Part shown: piece after piece, positions 24,356 to 39,417 of the stretch
How positions within the stretch are numbered: position 1 is the stretch's first letter
How the letters are laid out: each line of letters opens with the position of its first letter
NCBI GenBank assembly: GCA_964016885.1
Contig: OZ024741.1
Span: 241,242,001-241,306,000, forward strand
DNA from: Eledone cirrhosa
Taxonomy: Eukaryota
DNA: 64,000 bases
Direction of reading: 5' to 3'
Notes under the pieces: model-generated
Seen by the model: the letters and a program-made list of their open reading frames with translations, nothing else
Databases searched by the model: none
What the model was told of the DNA's origin: nothing
Translations under genes and position numbers: made by a program

Positions 24356-24756
24356 ATTATAGTCAATAATAATACATTCACTGCTCTTTAGATTTCAGTT
24401 CCAAGTCAAAATTCTACATTTTTTTCTTCTGTTGTCCGATTCATATTGTTTTGTTAACCTGAGCGAAAGATCAGCAGTTCAAATCCTACCATGAACAAGG
24501 CCTGTGTTGTGAGGGCTGGGAAGGTAGTGGTAGGGCAGGGGCTGAAGCAGAAGAGGAAGGGGGTTGACAGGGAGGCTTTGAATAGTTGTTAACATGAAAG
24601 AGGCCGTATGAAACACAAATCATGGTTGTTTAACTTGATATTGATGTTAGGAATGTCAGGGTGATGTTACACATGGTGTGAGCTCAAACGTGTACGTGTG
24701 AATGCATGTGTGTATATCTATGTCTATATATATGTGAGTGTGTGTGTATGTATCTA

Positions 24757-24788
<32 letters not shown>

Positions 24789-25018
24789 AGTGTAAGTGTG
24801 TATAGGCATGTGTGTGTATGTGTGTATATGATTATATGGTTGTGCGTTGCTATATGTGTGTGTGTATGTGTTTATATGTGTATACATACATATCATTGTA
24901 TATATATATATATATGTGTGTGTTAGAGTGTATATAAAAGTAAAGTAAGTGATGCATGTTTGTCAGACCTTTACACTAGATGGCATATCTCTGTTCTTAT
25001 ACATATATATATATATAT

Positions 25019-25145
25019 AAGTTTTAATATAGATGAGATTCTACAGGACTAGAACTGTTTCATTCTTTAGAAATCTCTCATTCCTGATGATTTCTAAAGA
25101 ATGAAACAGTTCTAGTCCTGTAGAATTTCATCTATATTAAAACTT
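25019..25145. repeat. Fold-back hairpin containing a hammerhead core
   Basis: ~56-bp inverted arms; CTGATGA-TTTCTAAAGAAT-GAAAC-AGTTCTA-GTC at 25084-25117; same family at 46980-47040 and 58441-58532. Confidence 0.7.
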
Positions 25146-25210
25146 TTATACTCTGCTATGTATTGAGTACCTTACTTACTGTGGTTACCTCCGATTCAAC
25201 CCGGAATAAC

Positions 25211-25378
<168 letters not shown>

Positions 25379-25475
25379 TAATCATCATCATCATCATCGT
25401 TTAACGTCCATGTTCCACGCTTGCATGGGTTATGTATATATATATATATGTGTATATATATGTATATGTATATAT

Positions 25476-25521
<46 letters not shown>

Positions 25522-26038
25522 TATACACACACATGTAACACATGTATAGTTATGTATATTTGTGCGGGTGCATGTTTGGTGGGTTGTGCCTGTGTGTATA
25601 TTTGTAAATGTTTGATTAAATAAATATATTACATACATAAATACATAAATACATACATACATAAACTCACATTAAAATGTATGTATTTATTACAGTCATA
25701 CAAACACATGTGCATGCCAACACCCACACATGAATCCACCTACACATACATACATACACATACACATTTTTGCCTTTGTACATACACATAGACCATTGAG
25801 TCGTTGTGAAGTCTTGTTTCAACTATGACATATCATAATATTTCAATATCATATCTTTAGAGAGGTAGTAGAGGGGGATTAGTTATTTAGAGAACTAAGA
25901 GAAGATATTATCATGTCGATGTATTGATATATTTGCAGCTCAGTTCACCTCCACATGTATATGTGCATTTGATTGTGTATGTATAACTCTAAGTGTGTGT
26001 GTGTGTGTATATGAATATATACAGGCACACATATATAT

Positions 26039-26076
<38 letters not shown>

Positions 26077-26127
26077 GTATGTGTATATATACGTATGTGT
26101 ATATATACGTATGTGTATATATATACG

Positions 26128-26158
<31 letters not shown>

Positions 26159-26210
26159 GTGTATATATATATATGTATGTGTATATATATATATATATAG
26201 ATATATATAC

Positions 26211-26245
<35 letters not shown>

Positions 26246-26274
26246 CATATATACATATATATATTATATATAAA

Positions 26275-26319
<45 letters not shown>

Positions 26320-26322
<3 letters not shown>

Positions 26323-26555
26323 TTCATCATCATTTCATTTTATGTCCTCTTTTCCCTGCTTGCAAGGGTGGGACGGGAACTGATTTTTTGGCTTGATTTC
26401 TACAGCTGGATGCCCTTCCTAACACCAACCTCATTTACAGTGAGTGCTGGGTGCTTTTTTGCCGTGGCACCTCCACGTCCACTTTGCAGTGGAATGAGTC
26501 CCTATCATCTCATTTCTACAGCTGAGTAAACTGGAGCAATGTGAAATAAAGTGTC
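26320..26555 (-). mobile_element. SINE family 1, headless copy
   Basis: Reverse-complement match to 57776-58033. Confidence 0.8.
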
Positions 26556-27065
<510 letters not shown>

Positions 27066-27348
27066 TATAACACGAGTAGGAAGTAACTATATGGTTGTAT
27101 CAAATACGTATAAACACACATATGCATGTAGACACACACATACACACACACACACAAACATATGCACACACACAGAGACATATATATAATATATATATAT
27201 AGATAAATGAGCAAGACACAGTCACTTGATCTGACTTGTCTCACAACAGGACAACTCATCTAACCCATGCAAGTGTGGAAAATTGATGTGAAACAGTGAT
27301 GATGGTGATGATATATGTATGTATATATACAATATATATATATATATA

Positions 27349-29793
27349 CAAACTTCAAAAAACCCAACAACCATCTGATCGCCTATAGATCAAGGGAACA
27401 TTCTGGTCAGATAGATTTTATCCTCATCAGAGGACGTGACAGATGGACGGTTGTAAACACAAAAGCCTTCCCTAGTGAGGAATGTACCTCCCAACATAGC
27501 TTAGTTGTCAACGATCTCACGGTCAGAACTAGACGAACTTGGAAACAGAAGGCAACCTGGAGCTAGAAGGGAAGCGGAGGATAGAAAATTCAAACATGTC
27601 TTGCAACGTGAGGACCAGAAACAGGAGGTGTTCAAGATTGCAAGGCAGTGTCAGAGAGAATTGTGATGTCATTGGAGAGAAGTGTATCCGGAATGATAAA
27701 GGTGAGCTTGCCCTCACAAGTGCTGAGAAGAAAGATGTATGGAAGAGCCATTATGAAAGATTATTAAATGAGGAGAATGCATGGGAAGAAGAGACCCTAC
27801 CCCAAGTAGACCCTATAGAGTACAAGTCAACAGCAGCATAGTAAGTAAGGCAATCAAAGATATGAAGACGAGGAAGGCAACTGGTCCATCGGGTATAGCT
27901 GCCGAGATGCTGAAGGCATCTGGGTCTGTAGGTCACACCATAACCACACATATTGTTAACCAGGTAATACTAGAAGGTGTCATACCAAAGGATTGGTGCA
28001 ACAGAATCATTGTCAACTGCTACAAAGGTAAAGGTGATTCACTAGATAGAGGAAACTATAGATGTATAAAGCTGATGGACCAGGTCATGAAAGTAACAGA
28101 AAGAGTTATAGCCCAGTTGATTAGGGACCAGGTGAAACTAGATGAGATACAATTTGGGTTTGTGCCAGGAAACGGCACCACTGATTCCCTCTTCTTTGTG
28201 AGGCAGTTACAGGAAAAGTACCTAGCTAAAAGTAAGCCGCTCTACCTGGCATTCGTTGATCTGGAAAAAGCCTTCGACAGAGTTCCACATGCTATAATCT
28301 GGTGGGCTCTTAGAAAACTAGGAGTAGATGAATGGCTTGTGAAAGCTGTACAAGCCATGTATAGGGGAGCAGTCAGCAAAGTTAGGATTAGCAATGACTA
28401 TAGCGAGGAATTTAGCATACAGGTCGGTGTCCACCAGGGCTCTGTTCTTAGCCCTCTCCTGTTCATCATAGTTTTGCAGGCAATAACAGAGGAGTTTAAG
28501 ACCGGATGCCCATGGGAACTCCTGTATGCAGATGACCTCGCACTTATAGCTGAATCTATGGTAGAACTAGAGAAGAAATTCCAAACATGGAAGCAGGGAC
28601 TAGAAAGAAGGGGTCTCAAAGTCAACCTGACAAAGACTAAGGTCCTTGTAAGTAGATGAGAAAACAGAACCCAGATCCCCCCAGGGAAATGGCCTTGCTC
28701 AATTTGTAGGAAAGATGTAGGTAGGAACTCCATCCTCTGCCCAAATGCAAACAATGGGTACACAAGAGATGTAGTGGGATCTCAAGAAGCTTAACTAAGA
28801 ATGAAGGCTTCATATGTAGCAGCTGCACTGGGACAGCAAGCAGCAAACAGCCACAGCAAACAAACACCACCAATCTCTGGGAGGGCTCTGTAGAAACAGT
28901 AGACAGCTTCTGCTACCTAGGTGACCGAATTAGCAGTGGGGGTGGGTGTTCGGAAAGTCAATAACTAGGGTAAGAATGGGATGGAAGAAGTTCAGGGAGC
29001 CACTGCCACTGCTAGCTGCAAAAGGGTTTTCCCTCAAAATGAAAGGCAGACTGTATGATGCGTGTATCCGAACAGCAATGTTACATGCTAGTGAGATCTG
29101 GGCGTTGTCTGTAGAAGACTTGCGCAGATTAGAAAGAAACAAAGCCTGCATGCTCTGATGGATGTGTAATAGTAATATACGCAAACAGCAAAGCATAAAT
29201 GAATTGAGAGAGAGACTGAGCATAAGAGGAATCAAATGGTGTGTGCAGGAGAGGAGGTTGCGTTGGTATGGACATGTGATGTGTATGAAGGATGACAGCT
29301 GCATAAAAAGGTGCAGAGCACTAGAAGTCGATGGAAACCGCAGAGTGGGGAGACCCTAGAAGACCTGGGATGAGGTGATAAAAGCCGACCTTACCCAATT
29401 ACACCTCTCAAAGGCGATGACACATGACCGTGACCTCTGGCGCCATGCAGTAATACAGAAGACCCGAACCCCTACGGGTACAAGCCAAAGCTGAAGCATA
29501 TAGACAATATGCCCCCACCATCTCCCACTGCAAAGTGGTCGTGGAGATGCCACGGCAAAAAAGCACCCAGCTCAAACTGTAAAGTGGACGTGTAGGCGAC
29601 ACAGAAAAAAGCACCCAGCACTCACTGTAAATAAGGTTGGTGTTAGGAAGGGCATCCAGCTGTAGAAATCAAGCCAGAAGCAGTTCCCGTATGAGCAAGA
29701 CATGGTCAGCCAGCCGGCTACTGCCCACAACAGGACAACCCGTCTAACCCATGCTAGCATGGAAGGACGGACGTAAAACGGTGATGATGATGA
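27349..29793 (+). mobile_element. RTE LINE subfamily B, 5'-truncated and disrupted
   Basis: APE C-terminus (QIDFIL...SQHSLV); RT ORF 27781-28659 (NYRCIKL, FVDLEKAFDRV, GVHQGSVLSP, LLYADD); Cys-rich segment; RWYGHV; (GAT)n tail. Confidence 0.95.
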
Positions 29794-29839
29794 TATATAT
29801 GTATATATGTATATGTATATAAGTATTTATATATATATA

Positions 29840-32492
29840 TGGGAACATGTCAGTCAGATAGATTATATCCTTACCAGAAGACGTGATAGAGTGTCTGTTG
29901 TAAACACTAAATCCCTCCCCCATGAAGAATGCACCTCCCAACATAGACTCATAGTTAGCGACCTCATAGTCAGGACAAGACGTACTCGACAACAGAGGAG
30001 GACTATCCTCAGGAGAAAAATATGGAAGCTAAAGGACCCCCACAGCCAGTAATAAATTTAAAAGCATATTACTTGATGCTTTTGACAGTAAGGAAGAGCA
30101 ATTAGAGTCGTATAATATAGAGGAACAGTGGGATTTCCTGAAAGCTATCCTGCTGAAGGCGACAGATGAAATCTGTGGCTGGAGCAGACCTATAGGCAGG
30201 AGGGGAGTAACGTGGTGGTGGAACAGTAAGGTGGAGGAAAACCGTGATATTGTCGGGGAGAAGTGTGTCTTTAATGATGATGGTGTACTTGCCATCACTG
30301 ATGCTGATAAGAAGGTAGCTTGGAAGTGTCACTACGAAAGGCTACTAAATGAGGAGAATAAATGGGAGAAAGACAGTCTCCCCCACATCGATCCAATAGA
30401 GGGAGCAGCAGTGCAAATTGAAGGTAGTATAATAAGTAAGGCAATCAAAGATATGAGCACTTTACACAATAATTTCATTATTATTATTAAAACGAGCAAG
30501 GCGGCTGGGCCTTCGGAAATAGTTGCTGAAATGCTGAAAGCATCTGGAACGGTGGGACACACTATGGTCACCCGGATAGTAAACCAATTCATACAGAATG
30601 GGGTCGTACCGAAGGACTGGCGTAGCAGCATCATCATTAACTGCTACAAGGGTAAAGGAGATGCCCTAGATAGGGGAAACTATAGAGGCATTAAATTAAT
30701 TGACCAGGTCATGAAGGTCACAGAAAAAGTAATAGCGCAACTAATCAGAGAGCAAATTGATCTGGATGAAATGCAGTTCAGGTTTGTGTCAGGTAAAAGT
30801 ACCACAGACGCTCTTTTCATTGTACGAAAACTACAGGAGAAGTACCTAGCTAAAAGTAAACCCCTATACTTAGCTTTTGTTGACTTGGGGAAAGCCTTTG
30901 ACAGAGTCCCACACCCCATTATCTGGTGGGCTCTCAGAAAACTAGGTGTTGATGAATGGCTTGTGAGAGCTATACAAGCCATGTATAAAGAAACAGTCAG
31001 CAAGGTTAGAATTAACAATGAATATAGGGAAGAGTTTAGCGTAAAAGTTGGTGTTCATCAGGGCTCCGTCCTTAGCCCCCTCCTATTTATTATTGCCCTT
31101 CAGGCTATAACAGAGGAGTTCAAGACCGGCTGCCCATGGGAACTCCTATATGCTGATGATCTAACGCTTATAGCTGAATCAATGGTTGAACTAGAGAAGA
31201 AATTCCAAACATGGAAGCATGGCTTAGAATCAAAAGGCCTTAAAATTAACCTGTCTAAGACTAAAGTTCTAGTATGTTAGTATGTAGGAAGGAAAATAGG
31301 GCACTGGTCCCATCTGGGAAATGGCCATGCTCAGTGTGTAGGAAAGGAGTAGGCAGAAACTCCATTTTATGTCCCAAATGCAAAGTATGTGTGCATAAAA
31401 GATGTAGTGGGATCACAGTTAAGCTAACTAAGAATATAGATTTTATATGTGGCTGGTGCTCAGGTGCAATAAGTAGCAAGTGTCCATAGGATACTAGCTC
31501 CTTCTATTGCCCAGATGGTTCTATAGAAATAGTAGACACTTTCCGTTACCTGGGTGACAAAATCAGCAGTGGTGGAGGGTGTTCTGAAAGTACAGTAGCT
31601 AGAGTCAGAACTGGATGGAAAAAGTTCAGAGAGCTTATACCACTATTGGCCGCTAAAGGTTTCTCTCTAAAAATGAAAGGCAGGCTGTATGAAGCCTGCA
31701 TACGAACAGCAATGTTACATGGCAGTGAGACTTGGGAATTGTGTGCAGAGGATCTACGCAGACTGGAGAGGAACACAGCTTGCATGCTCCGTTGGAGTGT
31801 AATAGTAATATACGTGAACGGCAAAGCATAAATGAACTAAGTGAGAAATTAGGAATAAGAGGGATCAGATGTTGTTTACTCGAGAGAAGACTATGTTGGT
31901 ACGGTCACGTGATGCACATGAAAGACGACAGCTGTATAAAAAAGTGCAGGGCGATCAAAATAGATGGTAGCCACGGAGTAGGCAGACCCAGAAAAACCTG
32001 GGACGACTTGATAAATTCCGACCTCACACAATTACACCTCTCCAAGACAATGTCACTGGACCGAGATCTTTGGCGCTACACAATAATACAGAAGACCCGG
32101 CTTGCCTAAGTACAAAGTGAAACCTACAGTCAGTATGCACCTCTAACAAATATACACCCTCGCCCCACTACCCCCACCCCATCCACACCACCCCTTCCAA
32201 TGTAAAGTTATGTTGGTACCACAACATCCAGTCTGAAACAAATGAGGTTGTGTAGGTGTCACGAAAAAAAAATACACATTCCACGCTGTAATGTGGCCGT
32301 ATAGGTAACATGGTAAAAACCTCCCAGTCCACACTGTAAACGTGGTTGGTGTTAGGAAGGGCATCCAGCCGTAGAAAACCCGCCAGACAGTCCTATACGA
32401 GCAAGACAACCAATCTTGCCTCAAGTGGGAAAATTCCCGTCCAAACCCATGCTAGCGTGGAAGATGGACGTTAAACGATGATGATGATGATA
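29840..32492 (+). mobile_element. RTE LINE subfamily A, 5'-truncated and disrupted
   Basis: APE C-terminus (QIDYIL...SQHRLIV); RT ORF 30231-31280 with YADD; ORFs 31274-31489, 31646-31831 and 31732-32109; (GAT)n tail. Confidence 0.95.
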
Positions 32493-32870
32493 TGTATATA
32501 TATATATGTATTATGTATATATGAATATATATCGTGGGATAAACGCGAGTCCTTTACTCCGTTGCTTTACTTGACATATAAACATATATATACTTAAACG
32601 TGTGTGTATGTGGCTATTGAGCTCAACTTTGACTGCCATCTTTTTCAAAGAAGATAGAAAAAGTTGCTGTACAGTACTGGAGTTGATCATTTCTGTATAT
32701 CTCTTCCTCATATCCTCTTTCTCTCTCTTTCTGTTTCTCGAAAAAAACTAGCTCTGTTCAGAGCTTGCTGTGTTTAGACCTTGATGGGCTTTGCCAGTTT
32801 TAAAATTCCCAAGACATGCCGTATGTCATTACGGGGTCTCTATGACTCCATTAAGATTTACAGATCCATA

Positions 32871-32995
32871 TAGCTGTAGAAATCAAGCCAAAATCAGTTC
32901 CTGTATGAGCAAGGCATGGTCAGCCGACCAGACACTGCCCACAACAGGACAACCCGTCTAACCCATGCTAGCGTGGAAGAACGGACGTAAAACGG

Positions 32996-33025
<30 letters not shown>
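32871..33025 (+). mobile_element. RTE subfamily B extreme 3' tail
   Basis: Matches 10833-10978. Confidence 0.8.
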
Positions 33026-33026
<1 letters not shown>

Positions 33027-33387
33027 ATATACATGTATGCATTGTAAAGTAATTGGCATATGAGCAGAGATAACATAGGCTTCACATGTTTTGGCTTCTT
33101 GAAGGCATAACCTCATGTCTAGTACTGGTGCCATGATAAAATGCACCCAGTACACTCTGTAAAATGGTTTATATTTGAAATGGCATTCAACTGTAGAATT
33201 CATGTAAAAAATGGGATGTATGTGTGTGAGATGGTCATCTAAACTATCTATGGTGGTAATAACACTAAGATCTGTCTTGGATCACAACAACCTGTCCAAC
33301 ATATATATGCACATTTTCACACACATATATGCATGCATGCATGTATGAATGAATGCATGTATGCATACATACATACATACACACATG

Positions 33388-33922
33388 ACAGCTGCCCCGT
33401 CATTATCGAGTATGTTCAATGCACGATATACCATTATTAATAACTATTAATTAATTCTATCGTGCAATGCCTGTGCGTGAAGATATTTTTTAAAGTGAGG
33501 AAAGACTGTGCACTGAGCCAATCCCACTCTCTGAGCGACAGTAGCTATAACCCAAAAAGAAGAAAAGATTAACATCATCAGTAACTACTGAGCCGCAGGT
33601 TTTATATCGGAGTTATCCCAGTTTCCTGAGTTGCCTTCTCCTAGAAGAATGCCCTGACAAAGGCTAGGGGTCCTTCACTTCCAGTGGTTTAACTGGGTGG
33701 TACATGTCTATATACATATTTACACAATTTCGGATGGCCATTGACCCTTATGGGTTCTTCCGCCCTTTGTCAGGTTTTGTTTTTTGTCCTGCAGGGTGTC
33801 CAAAATCACCCTCCTCACCAAGTAAACTTGGTGGGCTTGCCGGTTTAGTCACCGATGACCCGACCGTGCCACAAATTGTACTGGGTTACATGTTACCAGT
33901 AGCACTCAAGAGTGACCCGACA
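33388..33922 (+). mobile_element. Diverged subfamily of the RTE-5'UTR-like element
   Basis: Colinear motifs with 5552-6161 and the same 3' end GTGACC(C/T)GACA. Confidence 0.65.
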
Positions 33923-33924
33923 TA

Positions 33925-34490
33925 ACACATACATATATACATATATGCATGCATACATACATACATTTTTACATACATACATACATACATACAATTTTAC
34001 ACACATACATACAAGCATGCACACATACATTTCTGCATACCATACATATATACATACATACATACACACATGCACACATACATACATTCCTGCTGCACAT
34101 ATACATACATACATGGGATGCATACATACATGGATGCATACATGCATGTTTACATACATACATGCATGCATACATGCATGCATACATATATGCATGCATA
34201 CATACATTCCTGCATACATACATACATATATATACATACATACACACATGCACACATACATACATACATGCATGTTTACATACATACATGCATGTTTACA
34301 TACATACATGTATGTTTACATACATACATGCATGTTTACATACATACATGCATGTTTACATACATACATGCATGTTTACATACATACATGCATGCATACA
34401 TGCATGTATACATACATGCATGCATACATACACACACATACACATATATGTATACATAGATATACAAATATATACATATGCACACACCCT
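33925..34490. repeat. Compound (CATA)/(CATG) microsatellite with a 20-bp sub-period
   Basis: CATGTTTACATACATACATG repeated across 34270-34390. Confidence 0.85.
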
Positions 34491-34686
34491 CCCAGATATA
34501 TATACATACACTATTACCCTTATCTGCTCCACCACTACAGTATATAAGACTGGCAATTTCCCCCCACCAACAGTATCAACTAATCCCTGGGGTGAGAGTC
34601 ATCCCTAGGCATTGCTGTTAATGTTTCTAAGGGGTTGCCTCTATGATATTCATCTTTACATATATTTACATGTTGTTGTAACAAAA

Positions 34687-34716
34687 ACCAGCAGCAGCAG
34701 TACCATCACCAAGAGC

Positions 34717-34748
<32 letters not shown>

Positions 34749-36431
34749 CAACAGCAGCACTACCGTCACCCCACCAGCACCATCTGCACCAACACCACCA
34801 CCACCACCACCACCACCACCACCACCAGCAGCACCATCTGCACCAACATGCCCCACCACCACTACTACGACCAACCAGTACCCCCTCCCCACCACCACCA
34901 CCTCCATCCCCCACCCATAACACCCCACCACCACCACCACAACCCCACCACCGTCACTAACCCCCCCTCACCACCACCGCCTCCATCCCCTACCATCACC
35001 CACCCCCACCACCACCACCACTCATCACATTATATGCTGCTCAGCTATAGTGTCATTTGATATAACACAACTACAAAACTAATAGCAACCACCACAACAA
35101 CAACAACCTTACCAACAACAACACTGTAAGACAATATATATAGGAAGCAATAATATGACTAGCAGCCTGTGAGGGAGTTTAGGAGTACCATTGGTGGTGA
35201 TGATGATGGTGGTGGTGGTGGTAGTGATGGTGATGGTGGTGGTAGTGATGGTGGTGGTGGTGATGGTGGTGGTGATGGTAGTGATGATGGTGGTGGTGGT
35301 GGTGGTGATAGTGATGATGATGGTGGTGGTAGTGATGGTGATGGTGGTGGTGGTGGTGGTGGTAGTGATGGTGATGGTGGTGGTAGTGATGGTGATGATG
35401 ATGGTGGTGGTAGTGATGGTGATGGTGGTGGTAGTGATGGTGATGGTGGTGGTGGTAGTGATGGTGGTGGTTGTGATGATGATAGTGGTTGTGGTGGTAG
35501 TGATGGTGATGGTGGTGGTGGTAGTGATGGTGGTGGTGGTGGTAGTGATGATGATGTGGTGGTGGTGGTAGTGATGGTGGTGGTGGTGGTGGTAGTGATG
35601 GTGATGGTGGTGGTAGTGATGATGGTGGTGGTGGTAGTGATAGTGGTGGTGGTGGTAGTGATGATGATGTGGTGGTGGTGGTAGTGATGGTGGTGGTGGT
35701 GGTGGTAGTGATGGTGATGGTGGTGGTAGTGATGATGGTGGTGGTGGTGGTAGTGATGGTGGTGGTGGTAGTGATGGTGATGGTGGTGGTGGTGGTGGTA
35801 GTGATGGTGGTGGTGATAGTGTTGATGATGGTGGTGGTGATGGTGATGGTGGTGGTGGTGGTGGTGGTGATGGTGGTGATAGTGATGATGGTGGTGGTGG
35901 TGGTGGTAGTATTGATGGTGTAGGTGATAGTGATGATGGTGATGGTGGTAGTGATGGTGATGGTGGTGGTGGTGATAATGATGATGGTGATGGTGGTGGT
36001 AGTGATGATGGGCAGCAGCAGGAGGAGGAGGAAGAGGAGTGGAGGCATGGCAGCAATGGTGATGAAAATGAAGGATAATGATAATGATGATGATGATGAC
36101 GGGGTTGATGATGATGATGATGGTAATGATAATGATGAGAGTGGCGGTGGTGGTGGGGATGAAGATAATGATGGTATTGGCGATGGTGATGGTTTTGTTG
36201 GTCGTGTTGAGGTTGATAGTTGTATTGATGATGCTAGTGGTGGTGGTATTGGTGATGAAGATGATGATGATGGTGTTGATGATGGTGTTGATGATGGGGT
36301 TGATGATGTTGGTATTGGCGATGATGATAGTAGTGGTGGTTTTGTTGGTGGTGATGAGGATGATAGTACTATCGATGATGATGGTGATGATGATAATTTC
36401 AAATTGATGGTGTTGGTAAGTATTGTGGGAG

Positions 36432-36500
<69 letters not shown>
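34687..36500. repeat. Long cryptic trinucleotide region: (CCA)n, then (GGT/GAT/AGT)n, then (GA)n
   Basis: Direct observation; ORFs open in many frames encode only homopolymer runs. Confidence 0.9.
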
Positions 36501-36504
<4 letters not shown>

Positions 36505-37138
36505 GGAGGGCGAGGGGAAGATTTAAGGGTTGAATAAAGGAGTAGACAATGATGGGGAGGAGTGGCAGTGGAGGAAATGTCAAGTTTTTAATATTATTAA
36601 TTATTACAAATAATAGTTTCTTTACTCTCTAAAAATGTTCATTATTTTATGACATATATTTACATATATGTATGAATGTGAAAAGTAAATGGATAAACAA
36701 CATGGAAAAAATACAGTACAATGAAAATATATATATATACAAACATATATATATATATTTATAAACCCAAGTAAGCGTGGAAGATGGACGTTAAACGATG
36801 ATGATGATGATGATGATGATGATTTACCACAGAATTTAGTCACTCCACAACAACATCCTCTTGTATTACACACAACTCCAACAATGGCATTGTCATACAA
36901 ACCACTTACACCACCACTACCATCACTAACATCAGTATCTACTAATCCCCAGGGTGACATCCAGCCCTAGGTACTCCCAATGATATACCTAAGGGGATGC
37001 TGCCACAATATTCATATTTACATTTATTTACATGTTCTTATGACAAATATCTCTTTCCTCTTCTTACCACCTTACCTTTGTACATATATATATGCTATAT
37101 ATATGATATATATATATGATATATATATGATATATATA

Positions 37139-37233
<95 letters not shown>

Positions 37234-37514
37234 TATCATATATATATATATATCATATATATATATATATATCATATATTTATATATATATCATATATTT
37301 ATATATATCATATATATCATATATATATATATATATCATATATATCATATATTTATATATATCATATATATCATATATATATATATATATCATATATATC
37401 ATATATTTATATATATCATATATATCATATATATATATATATATCATATATATATATCATATATATCATATATATATATATATATATCATATATATATAA
37501 CATATATATATGAA

Positions 37515-37645
37515 GGCGTGTGGTGAAGGCGTGTGGCTGTGTGGTTAGAGAATTGGATTCGCAATCGTAAGGTTGTGAGTTCGATTCCTGGACCAGGCGA
37601 TGCGTTATGTCCTTGAGCAAGACACTTTATTTCACGTTGCTCCTT
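37515..37645 (+). mobile_element. SINE family 1-related tRNA-like head
   Basis: TGGCTGTGTGGTTAGAG, GAGTTCGATTCC and CCTTGAGCAAGACACTTT. Confidence 0.7.
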
Positions 37646-38104
37646 CTACCTGGAGTTGCGACCGATAGATAGTATTAGCAATTGGAAAGACCAACGGAAA
37701 CATTGTTTCCTCGGTCCGATTTGACGAAAGTCGATCGTTCCTAAAAAATATATATATATCATATATATATATCATATATATATCATATATATTATATATA
37801 TATATCATATATATTATATATATATATCATATATATTATATATATATCACATGTAGAAATATATACACATATCTCACCTGGAGGCATGTAAACATACAAG
37901 AAAATATTTGGAGGTATGAAAATATGCTAGAAAATACGAATTTCCCTGTAAATAAAAAAAAAATGATAAACATCTTTATTCGATTTTTGGATCTTATTGG
38001 ACACTCAAAAGGGGATATGTACATCATTATTCAAATTCAAAGAAATACATAACTGATGGCTTTATAAAGCCTAGCAAGTGTTGTACTAAACATATATGTA
38101 ATTA

Positions 38105-38284
38105 ATTGTTTCTACTTTTGGCACAAGGCCTGCAATTACTCAGTAAATTACTGGTACTTTATTTTATCGACCCCGTATGGATGAAATGCAAAGTTAAGCT
38201 CGGTGGGATTTGAACTCAGATCGTAAAGGGACGTAACTATGCTGGAAAGCATGTCCGACCCTCTACCAATACTGTCAATTCACC
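38105..38284 (-). mobile_element. SINE family 2
   Basis: Reverse-complement match to 8717-8904. Confidence 0.85.
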
Positions 38285-38747
38285 TGAAATGATCTAATGT
38301 ACGCATGTCATGCAAGTTAGAAATAGAATTTCAGCTACATTCTACATCTTGCTTCAGATATATAACATTACTACAGTAAGATTCATGGGTATACAGAAAT
38401 ACAAACTCATAGGTGTAGTTATTTTCAGATAGGAAAACATTAAGCTCTTAAATTCATAAATATTATCTTTGTGTATGGAGGAATAGTTGAAAGTGTTTAC
38501 ACTTCATTCGTTTCACATCAAATGCTACAAATTAAAACAAATTGTTGTTATATATACATTAAATCTTCAAATATATGGTATGTAAAGCATAAGTATTATA
38601 TACATTAACATATAAACATACCCACAACACACACATATATAACTATAAATGATTTTCCAAGCAGAGCCACTGTTACATTGTTAAATACTGGATACATTAG
38701 ATGAGAAGGGATGATTTCTAGTGAATGAAGCATTTCTAGACATGTAG

Positions 38748-38865
<118 letters not shown>

Positions 38866-38976
38866 GAGAGAGAGAGGGAGAGAGAGAGAGAGAGAGAGAG
38901 AAAATATATATATATAAAAATGTATACATACTTTAACAGCATACTAATCAAAGTGTGTATACATTTTTAGGATACC

Positions 38977-39018
<42 letters not shown>

Positions 39019-39417
39019 GCTCACACACACACACACACACAATTCAGAAGGACTAACCAAAGTTGTTACAGTTAAAACCATTTCTTTCTATGACCGTTTT
39101 AATTAAGATATATATATTATAATCACATGAATTAATTAATTACTTAATTATTTATATGGTAGAAACCTTTCTCATAATCTCATCAGGGAAACATGGATTA
39201 ATTAGGTAAGTCACTTAGTCCCATTATGTTATTACATAAGCATTTGGTTATTCCTTTTGAATTGAATATTTATACTCTGTGATTTCCAGCGTCTTCAGCT
39301 AGCAGTATCATACTGCATGGATTAAACTCTGAGTTTTGATTTCTGCCTGATTTGACCTGAATAACTACATATGAGTGAATTTTTCCAATTTCAATTACCC
39401 TCTTACTATATATATAT

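Noticed and set aside
30231-31280. 349-aa RT ORF as an active or domesticated gene
   Set aside because: 5'-truncated, linker deletion, downstream frameshifts and substitutions in conserved motifs (QFRF, DLGKAF)
35109-36583. 300-470-aa His/Pro/Thr/Gly-rich ORFs
   Set aside because: Open in most frames on both strands; trinucleotide repeat DNA with no splice or codon evidence
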